The notes under the pieces were generated by a model. That model did no database searches. It saw only the letters and a program-made list of their open reading frames with translations, and was not told where the DNA came from. Below, in pieces: positions 20,069 through 27,567 of a DNA stretch of 64,000 bases. The translations under genes were made by a program, and so were the position numbers. Numbering within the stretch: position 1 is the stretch's first letter; each line of letters starts with the position of its first letter. Origin of the DNA: a virus (Duplodnaviria > Caudoviricetes); the IMG/VR virus record IMGVR_UViG_3300029288_000086, positions 79,091 through 143,090 of that record; one strand, 5' to 3'.

Positions 20069-21238
20069 CTATAAATATAGCATTTCTGCCAAATAGTCTT
20101 CAATCTTTATATTATTTTTATTGGCATTGTAAAAATAAGAAGATACGGATTTATACTTCAATTGACATTCCTCTGCTATATCTTTCCAAAACAAAACAAA
20201 TATATCAATATCCTTCTTCAAAATATTTATTTTCTCTTTTTGGCGAATACCATATTCGCTCATAAAAAAACTACCTTTTGTTTCTATCCATTTATCATAA
20301 TCTGGAAAATAAAAATCAGGCATATATCTTTTGTCGTCGTCCAATATAAAAACTCTTGGTTCATATTGAATATTTTCGTCAAGAATAAAATAATGATAAT
20401 TCCAATATAAAACCTCAAAAGAAGATCTACAGTCAATTTTATTTTTATTTTTATCATAAAAATACCAAGAATGATTTCTTTTTTTCATTTTCTTTTGATT
20501 TTCTATTGCTCTTATACTAGAAGTTTCTTTTCTATAGCATCCACAAGAAGAACTGTTTCCATTTTTTAAAGCCGTACCTTGTACTGCTTTAATATTACCA
20601 CAAGCACATTGGCAAGAATAATAACTCATTCCTCTATAATTTTTATGAGAAAATTCAATAACCGTAAGCCTTCCAAATATCATACCTGCGATTATTCCGT
20701 CGCTATTAATATGTCCACAATTACTAGAAGTCCCATTATAAAGAGTTTTATATTCAATTCTTTTTTCTTTACCACAACTACATCTGCATAAATAATATTT
20801 AGAATGATTTTTTCTTATATAATCGCCAATAACAGTCCATTCATTAAATACGTCTCCAATTTTTATTTCTTCATAGACTTTATTCAAATGCCCGCAATTA
20901 GTAGAATTTCCATTTGCTAAATTTCCATGCGCAACTTCTTTTATTTCACCACAAGAACATTGGCATAACCAATAATGTTTGAAGTTTTCTTCTGTAACGA
21001 TTCTTGATGATTTTAAAACAGTCCATTCACCAAAAATCTTACCAGTTAAATCTATTTTTTTATCATGTCCACAACTTTTTGATTTTCCTCTTTTTAATTC
21101 AGCGCCATCAACAAGTTTTTCTTTGCCACAAGAACATTTGCAAAGCCACTGATGTCTATTGTTATTTTTTCCACCATATTCTAATACGACCCATTCATTG
21201 AATATTTGCCCCTTTATGTCTATAATCTTATTATTCAT
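20069..21238 (-). CDS. Homing-endonuclease-like protein: four CxCxCG repeats plus PD-(D/E)xK nuclease
   Basis: Four repeats of F.EWTV..W.C.C.CG..K....L..G.S..CG; C-terminal YMPDFY...WIETKG. Confidence 0.7.
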   Translation of the reverse strand: MNNKIIDIKGQIFNEWVVLEYGGKNNNRHQWLCKCSCGKEKLVDGAELKRGKSKSCGHDKKIDLTGKIFGEWTVLKSSRIVTEENFKHYWLCQCSCGEIKEVAHGNLANGNSTNCGHLNKVYEEIKIGDVFNEWTVIGDYIRKNHSKYYLCRCSCGKEKRIEYKTLYNGTSSNCGHINSDGIIAGMIFGRLTVIEFSHKNYRGMSYYSCQCACGNIKAVQGTALKNGNSSSCGCYRKETSSIRAIENQKKMKKRNHSWYFYDKNKNKIDCRSSFEVLYWNYHYFILDENIQYEPRVFILDDDKRYMPDFYFPDYDKWIETKGSFFMSEYGIRQKEKINILKKDIDIFVLFWKDIAEECQLKYKSVSSYFYNANKNNIKIEDYLAEMLYL

Positions 21239-22217
21239 TAGATTCGCTTTCTACAATTTCATCAACATCGTCCTCAGTGTCAACATTAAAATCTCTACTT
21301 TGCGTAATAAAATTTTTAAGAGGACGAGTAACATATTTTTTAAAATAAAAATCAATATTGTCAAAATCTTTAAACAAATCTTTGTCTTTTCCAGAATAAT
21401 ATTCAGCGGGTTCATTTTCCTCAATTATTTTTATAAAAGAGGAAAAAGTATCTTTCGCCTGTCCTGAATTTGCAGTGGCAGCCTTAGCAGGATCAACACT
21501 AGCAGTTCTCATAAGTTCTTGTAAACGTTTTACTGCCGAAGCATCACCACCACCTTTACCCATTCTACTTTTTCTAATATCTAATTCTGCAAAACATATC
21601 TGCCTAAGCAAAGATTCTTCTGTAGCCGTGTCACATTTATGTGTCTTCTTATATCTTGCCAATTCTGATTCTAGAAATTCGTAGTCTTCAAAAATTAAAT
21701 CTGGCCCCCAGAAATCCTTTAAGTATTTATTAAAATCAACATCATCAGAAATTTCTTCATTGGAAGAATATTGTACTTGTGTATTTTCATCTCCCCTGCT
21801 ATTAAACGTCAAATCGGTATCATCAGAAAGATTAGAAAGAGTAGATAATTTGCTTTTATAAATACCAAAAGTTTGTATATCTTGTTTTCCATCATTCTGC
21901 ATTTTTGTTATTTGCGTTTTTGTAGCTTCTACTGCATTTGGTGCCCATTTTATATTTAAAATTCTACAAGTGCGAAATAATGCTTTTTCAAAGTTTCTTT
22001 CTATATTTAAAGAATTGCTATAAATTTCGTTACAGTGTTCACGGCAGATTGACATAAAATTATTTTTGTCGAGTACTGCGTCTACGGCTTGGTAGAATTC
22101 TTTTATGGGTTTCATTTTCATACAAACCCTACAATAATTCTCAGTAATTCCAGTTCCATCGTTCTTGCTCTTCTTAACCAAAACCTTTTTCTTAATCACA
22201 TTACTAGCTGTTGCCAT
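21231..22217 (-). CDS. YonG-like protein, possible terminase small subunit
   Basis: N-terminal CRVC...CREHC zinc finger; upstream of TerL as in SPbeta-like phages. Confidence 0.5.
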   Translation of the reverse strand: MATASNVIKKKVLVKKSKNDGTGITENYCRVCMKMKPIKEFYQAVDAVLDKNNFMSICREHCNEIYSNSLNIERNFEKALFRTCRILNIKWAPNAVEATKTQITKMQNDGKQDIQTFGIYKSKLSTLSNLSDDTDLTFNSRGDENTQVQYSSNEEISDDVDFNKYLKDFWGPDLIFEDYEFLESELARYKKTHKCDTATEESLLRQICFAELDIRKSRMGKGGGDASAVKRLQELMRTASVDPAKAATANSGQAKDTFSSFIKIIEENEPAEYYSGKDKDLFKDFDNIDFYFKKYVTRPLKNFITQSRDFNVDTEDDVDEIVESESNE

Positions 22218-22294
22218 TTTATTTATTATTCTCCTTAAAGATATAATTGTATGGGCAACTCGCCCAACCTAATTGTTTATTATTGTACTACCAG

Positions 22295-22375
22295 AGCCAA
22301 TGGGAGGATTCGAACCTCCGATGTTTTTATTCCTGTTTACAAAACAGGCGCAATCGACCACTATGCGACACCGGC
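22295..22375 (-). tRNA. tRNA-Thr(UGU)
   Basis: Cloverleaf GCCGGTG/CATTGGC; anticodon arm CCTGT-TTTGTAA-ACAGG; T-arm GGAGG-TTCGAAT-CCTCC; 12-nt variable region; no encoded CCA. Confidence 0.8.
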
Positions 22376-22406
22376 AATATTTCTATTATTATCTTATTTT
22401 CACCCC

Positions 22407-22424
22407 ATAAAATTGCGATTTCAT
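22407..22424. repeat. Palindrome copy in the late region
   Basis: ccATAAAA-TTGCGA-TTTCATgg. Confidence 0.8.
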
Positions 22425-22439
22425 GGTATAAATATTACA

Positions 22440-22476
22440 ATATAGTAGCTAGAATGCGTAGTTCTAGCTACTATAT
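22440..22476 (-). terminator. Hairpin after the 559-aa gene
   Basis: ATATAGTAGCTAGAA-tgcgtag-TTCTAGCTACTATAT. Confidence 0.65.
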
Positions 22477-22491
22477 CAAAAAAATTAAAAC

Positions 22492-24171
22492 CTACTTGCT
22501 CATGGGTTCTCTACTACCCACACTATCTATTTGATAATGTATATCAAATTCTTTCAATAAAGCATCACCTGTATAAGAATCAGATCCACCTATTCTCGAT
22601 ACCAAAATAGTCAATAAAGAACTTAACCCATAAATAGATGATCCAGAAACCGCCCATCCCACTAATTGATGCGTATATGCCGAACCAGAAGCATTTTGAG
22701 ACACATTCAATGATATAAAACTAGCACTTTCTACTTGATTTAAGTCCGTCCATTTATATTGAATATTCCACAACACACTACCACTATTAGTAGATGTTGG
22801 CATCCAATGTACATGAGGATAAATTGTCGAACCCAATTTCCAACTATGGGGCATTTGAGCAATAACAGCTATTGTTTGGGTTTGTCCTGCCGCTGCTGTA
22901 AATCCAATATAAGTAGTATCAAATCCCATTGGAGAGGGAGCGCCAACTGGATTAATTGCAGTAGCTGGAAAACGCAAGTCTTCCCATGTTGTTGCACTAC
23001 CACTCATCCCCATTGTTCCGTCTTCTTCAAAATAAGTATAATTATCCCCTGTGCCGAATTTAGCAGAAGCAGATATTGCTGTTCCAATAAAACTACCCGA
23101 TACATGACAATTCACAACACTACCAGACGCAAGAGTTGAGGCACTACCATGTTCTAAAGATGTAAGATGATAGTATTGATCTGTAGTCCCACCCTGAATC
23201 CCACTCAAATCATTATGTAAAACAGATCCTTTTGTAAATTGTGTAGCAAAAGCAGAAGAAACTTCTGTTGCAGCAGATGCGCCTTGTTCAATTATAATTC
23301 TCCCAATCAACAAACCTTGAGAAGATATTTCATTCGGTAAAGCAGGAACGCCACTAGATTGAGCTTCTATTAATTTATAATTCCCATTTCCCAACACATA
23401 ATATGCATGTTTCTCATTACATATCGCTCTAAAAACCCAAATTACAGCATATCTACTAGGCAATAATGATTGTAAATTTAAACCATCATCATATTGTAAA
23501 TTGTTAAATTGGGGAGTAAAACTAGAAACCCAACTTCCACTACTATGATAATAAAATTGAAGATCATCTACAGAAGAGTCATAAGAATCTATAACCTGCC
23601 TAGACGCACCATACCATACATGCCCACCCGTAGCAGTTATATATCTTGTAGATTTTTCTCCAATAATAAGAGCACCTGTTTCTGGTGCAAAACGTTCTGT
23701 TCTAACAAGACGATCGCTGACTTTGTTTGCTAAGCCTCGACCCAACTCATCCCAATCGAGTATGTGTAAAGAACTGCCAGATCTGTATATTGTAACAATA
23801 GGAATAACGTCAGACTGAGTAATATTATCTCTATTTGTCGAAGATACGATAATTGGAGATGCGGAATTGTATTGAACCGTAACATAATTAGTTGAATTAT
23901 CTGTTAGCGTTACAGTACTTCCACTAAGATTATATTTATCCAAAGGAAATACAAAACCACTACCAGAATATAATAAATATTCACCATCGCCTATTGTTAC
24001 AGTACCATCTAAATTATCTGTCATTGTAGGCTTTGTAAACACACCGGCAGAAACTTGTTCTGTGTAATTGGTTAGGTCTTTTAAGTATGTCCCGATTTGA
24101 ATATCTTGGTTAGAGCGCATAGACCGATTAAGATTAAATTCTTCACGATCTGTTATTTGATGAATCGGCAT
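22492..24171 (-). CDS. Putative virion fibre/structural protein
   Basis: 559 aa; beta-rich; HNDLSGIQGG..YYHLT fibre-like segment; C-terminal jelly-roll-like domain (PHSWK.G..YPHVHW). Confidence 0.55.
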   Translation of the reverse strand: MPIHQITDREEFNLNRSMRSNQDIQIGTYLKDLTNYTEQVSAGVFTKPTMTDNLDGTVTIGDGEYLLYSGSGFVFPLDKYNLSGSTVTLTDNSTNYVTVQYNSASPIIVSSTNRDNITQSDVIPIVTIYRSGSSLHILDWDELGRGLANKVSDRLVRTERFAPETGALIIGEKSTRYITATGGHVWYGASRQVIDSYDSSVDDLQFYYHSSGSWVSSFTPQFNNLQYDDGLNLQSLLPSRYAVIWVFRAICNEKHAYYVLGNGNYKLIEAQSSGVPALPNEISSQGLLIGRIIIEQGASAATEVSSAFATQFTKGSVLHNDLSGIQGGTTDQYYHLTSLEHGSASTLASGSVVNCHVSGSFIGTAISASAKFGTGDNYTYFEEDGTMGMSGSATTWEDLRFPATAINPVGAPSPMGFDTTYIGFTAAAGQTQTIAVIAQMPHSWKLGSTIYPHVHWMPTSTNSGSVLWNIQYKWTDLNQVESASFISLNVSQNASGSAYTHQLVGWAVSGSSIYGLSSLLTILVSRIGGSDSYTGDALLKEFDIHYQIDSVGSREPMSK

Positions 24172-24322
24172 ATGTCCTCCTTTATTGCGGTTTCTGTAAA
24201 GAAGGTTATAATGATGAGTTTACATATTATGAAAAATCACTATTATAAAAAATAGTGATTTTCTGCAACATATAAATATAATATTTATAATTATGATAAT
24301 ATGGATTATCTTATTTTGTCAC

Positions 24323-24340
24323 ATGAAATATCCGTTTCAT
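24323..24340. repeat. Palindrome copy in the late region
   Basis: ATGAAA-TATCCG-TTTCAT. Confidence 0.8.
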
Positions 24341-24822
24341 TTGGTAGATTTATCTTCACCTATTTTGACTACCTTATGATATTTACCCAATTTTATTAAT
24401 TGTTCTCTCAAAATATTAGTATCGCATTCTTTACATCTTACCCAATCCCAACCTTCTTCTGTAATTCTAATTACATTATCACAATTAGGACATTGAATAA
24501 GCATTACATCTTCATCAGCCATATGTTCTGCTTTGATTAAAGGCGAGATGTTCTCCGGCCAATTGACGATCTCTATATTTGGAAGTTGACGAATACCAAC
24601 AATCTCATAATAATCATTTTCTTCATCATAATCTTCAAAGAAAATATCCTCAATTAAAGAAACAGCTTCTTCTTGAACATCAAAAAAGTCTTCTCCTCCA
24701 AAATGTAACGTTCGGAAAACATGTTCATGCAAATTTTCTACATCAAGACCTTCAGGCACTTCCATTCCTTCGGGCAGTTCCCTTTTCTCAGGAATCATAA
24801 ATTCTACTTCGAAAATTTTCAA
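24337..24822 (-). CDS. Acidic protein with C-terminal zinc ribbon
   Basis: CPNC...CKEC; stop codon inside a palindrome copy. Confidence 0.55.
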   Translation of the reverse strand: MKIFEVEFMIPEKRELPEGMEVPEGLDVENLHEHVFRTLHFGGEDFFDVQEEAVSLIEDIFFEDYDEENDYYEIVGIRQLPNIEIVNWPENISPLIKAEHMADEDVMLIQCPNCDNVIRITEEGWDWVRCKECDTNILREQLIKLGKYHKVVKIGEDKSTK

Positions 24823-24838
24823 AATATTTTGTCCTTTT

Positions 24839-25837
24839 TTATGAATTTACCAACAATAATTTTTTCTTTTCTTTAGAAAGCAAGTTGCTCTTTCTGCGCG
24901 AAATACATTTACAGTCTTGGCAACGAACACTCTGCCATTTTCCAGCACTTGTAAAGTATTCACCTTCGCCCTTCAAATTTGTTGACCCACAAACTGGACA
25001 CTGTTCCACATCTAATTCATTATAAAGAGCAACATTAAAGTTCCTAACATAAGGGCGAACCTTGTAGAATAACTCTTCAGTCGCACCAATATCCTGAATG
25101 TTGTAGTGGATCATAGTTTTCAAAGATTCTTCATCTCCGTCGCTACAACCTCGCCAAAGCGGAAATCCGCTGTTTTCTTCTTTATTCCTAATGTTGAGTT
25201 GATCATTTATGAATTTCATTTTATTACTAGAGAAGCGGAAATTCTGTTTTGCTACCATAAGAGTATCTACGATATTAAATTTTAATGGGGGCAAACCATG
25301 CTTCAAAAATTCAGTGTTAATATATTTTACGTCAAATTGCGAGAAATTATGCCCGATAATTACTTGAACTTTAGAGAGAAAATCCCAAATGGACTTTGTA
25401 ATTCTAGATGTATCACGAGCCTTCGCTTCTTTTGGAGTTAAAATATCTGAATACATTTCAGACTCATTCAACATTTTTCCAGCCCAACTCAGCATACATC
25501 CATCCGCAACAATCTGATCAAGACTAATGTTTTGATCCCAAAGCGACCACCCCATCATAATGATAGGCAATGTCTCAATGTCACAAACTGCAACTCTAGG
25601 AGATTGTTTTACCTCGACATTTGTATTAGTATTTTCATTTTCAAAATTAACAGTAATTCCTCGCTTCTTGCACCACTTGCGAAACTTATCCCGCAAATTT
25701 TCTTTATCTTTTACATTATATCCTTCATCAACAAACTTCTTAAACTTTTGTTCCCAAAAGGGAATCTTACCTTGAGATTTTATTTTTGCTTCCAAACATT
25801 CATTAAAAACTCTGTCATCTAAATTCTTTAAGCCCAA
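24839..25837 (-). CDS. DEDD-family 3'-5' exonuclease (RNase H-like, YprB type) with C-terminal zinc finger
   Basis: ExoI CDIET, ExoII GHNFSQFD, ExoIII YNIQD; CPVC...CQDC. Confidence 0.8.
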   Translation of the reverse strand: MGLKNLDDRVFNECLEAKIKSQGKIPFWEQKFKKFVDEGYNVKDKENLRDKFRKWCKKRGITVNFENENTNTNVEVKQSPRVAVCDIETLPIIMMGWSLWDQNISLDQIVADGCMLSWAGKMLNESEMYSDILTPKEAKARDTSRITKSIWDFLSKVQVIIGHNFSQFDVKYINTEFLKHGLPPLKFNIVDTLMVAKQNFRFSSNKMKFINDQLNIRNKEENSGFPLWRGCSDGDEESLKTMIHYNIQDIGATEELFYKVRPYVRNFNVALYNELDVEQCPVCGSTNLKGEGEYFTSAGKWQSVRCQDCKCISRRKSNLLSKEKKKLLLVNS

Positions 25838-25974
25838 TATAAGCTCCTTGTTAAGATTTTATATCTTTCATATTATAACTTGACTGGCAAGAATTCTACT
25901 TGCTCCCTTAATAAAAATCAATAAAATTGAGATAAATGGGGACAATTCTGAATATACAACCAAGTTATACCAAT

Positions 25975-26003
25975 AGTTTATCACACTTTTTCATTTTTGT
26001 CAA
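25975..26003 (-). promoter_or_regulatory. SigmaA-type promoter
   Basis: TTGACA-17bp-TAAACT with TG extension. Confidence 0.6.
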
Positions 26004-26024
26004 GGTTAAAATAGCACTAATTTT

Positions 26025-26372
26025 CTAAATAACTATTATTCCTTGTGCTGTTATACTTCCACTAATTGCTTCCAAATCACAAATCACATATCTTAATCCC
26101 GCAATAGGCACTGACCATATCTGATCTAAATTGTTAGTTGTCTGCGACGCGCCTGTATTCGTGGCTAAATTAGTAGCAGTTATAGCAGAATAATCTCCAA
26201 CATCTCCCTTGCCTTTAAAATTAATGGTATTTGATGCAGGACTTCCACTGATAGAAATAACTACTTTTGATAATGGATTGCAAACACCAGGTACAGACAT
26301 TGGTGAGCCAGTAGTTACAAAACTGGCAGATGTTAAAAACGTATGAGTATTAATATATCCCATATAATGCAT
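26025..26372 (-). CDS. Small beta-rich protein, possibly virion-associated
   Basis: S/G/T-rich; AAGGAGG RBS. Confidence 0.5.
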   Translation of the reverse strand: MHYMGYINTHTFLTSASFVTTGSPMSVPGVCNPLSKVVISISGSPASNTINFKGKGDVGDYSAITATNLATNTGASQTTNNLDQIWSVPIAGLRYVICDLEAISGSITAQGIIVI

Positions 26373-26381
26373 CCTCCTTTT

Positions 26382-26705
26382 TTAATTGGAGGATTCTTCT
26401 TCCTCCGAAATATAATTTTTCTTTACAATGTTCTTCAAATTTGATGCTAGTTTAAAACTAACACTTTCTGTTTCTGGAATAGTTATTCTTTCTGTTGCAC
26501 CTTTTACACCCTTAGTGGGTTTATTACCTTCATGTTCAGCAGTAACTTTATATTGAATTTGTCCAAATCCTCTTATAGATAACTCTACTCTTTCTTTGAT
26601 AATATCTTCAAAAAGACCTATCATAGAATTGAGAATGTCTTCACAACCTTGTTTGACATAACCTGATTTTACTGATAATGCTTTTATAAATTCATCTTTT
26701 TGCAT
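26382..26705 (-). CDS. hup: HU/IHF-family DNA-binding protein (YonN-like)
   Basis: KDEFIKALS...LSIRGFG...ITIP...VSFKLASNLK. Confidence 0.85.
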   Translation of the reverse strand: MQKDEFIKALSVKSGYVKQGCEDILNSMIGLFEDIIKERVELSIRGFGQIQYKVTAEHEGNKPTKGVKGATERITIPETESVSFKLASNLKNIVKKNYISEEEESSN

Positions 26706-26775
26706 ATTTTTTATCCTTTTTACCTTTTTGATAACCTATCTCATAATAGTGTAGGGGAACGCAAAGCGTTACCGA

Positions 26776-27567
26776 CTATACGCAGTTTCCGTGAGAATAC
26801 TTCAATTTCCTTTTATTGGTATTTTCTCTATTTATTTTAATAGTACATTCTTCGCAATACTTTTGTCTTCCAACTCTTTCGATTGTTTTTCCGCATCTTT
26901 CACAAAAAGCAGGAAGAAAACTAATAATATTATCCATATCAGTAACTTCTATTTCTATTTCACCTATATCCTCTGCAAATAATATTTTCCATATTTCAAA
27001 AGGCATTCTCCCTTTTTTCTCTGATATATCATAATATAAATATTGATGTTTTATGAAAAACTGACCCATTTTATCAATATCATCGTTAGACATGGTTATT
27101 TTTGCAATACTTAAAATTTTTCTAGTATTGTCATAGCAACAATATCCTCTAGTTGTAGCATCTTCTTCTTTGCTCCCTATTTTTACATTATGATCATGAT
27201 TATATTTTGATAATACCAATAAAACAAATAATACTTTTGCATATTTTACAGGTAATGACCTAATAATATCTAGTTCATTTTTTGTAATGCAGACTGTATC
27301 TGATTGTTTCAGATAATATTTTTTTCCTGTTTTAATCGCATCTTCTATTAAACCACGATACATAATATCATTAAATCCAGAACTGTTTTTATAGCAAAAT
27401 TCAACAAGCCTTTTTTTTGCTTCTTGAGTTTTCATTCCTTTCGAAAAAAATAATTTAGACAAAAGAGATACGCCCTTTTTATTTATTTTTCCTGTATCAA
27501 AACCATTTTCTAATATTCTTTCTGCACTTTTAAGTTCATCGAAATTAATATCTTTTATATATGTCAT
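26776..27567 (-). CDS. Hypothetical protein coupled to YonO, with C-terminal zinc ribbon
   Basis: 4-bp overlap with the RNAP stop; CERCG...YCEEC. Confidence 0.65.
   Translation of the reverse strand: MTYIKDINFDELKSAERILENGFDTGKINKKGVSLLSKLFFSKGMKTQEAKKRLVEFCYKNSSGFNDIMYRGLIEDAIKTGKKYYLKQSDTVCITKNELDIIRSLPVKYAKVLFVLLVLSKYNHDHNVKIGSKEEDATTRGYCCYDNTRKILSIAKITMSNDDIDKMGQFFIKHQYLYYDISEKKGRMPFEIWKILFAEDIGEIEIEVTDMDNIISFLPAFCERCGKTIERVGRQKYCEECTIKINRENTNKRKLKYSHGNCV

Noticed and set aside
22247-22534. Plus-strand ORFs 22247..22534 and 22251..22445
   Set aside because: They overlap the tRNA-Thr, a palindrome and a terminator on the opposite strand.
25881-25910. tRNA-like T-arm fragment (GGCAAGAATTCTACTTGC)
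   Set aside because: No acceptor, D or anticodon arms could be built.
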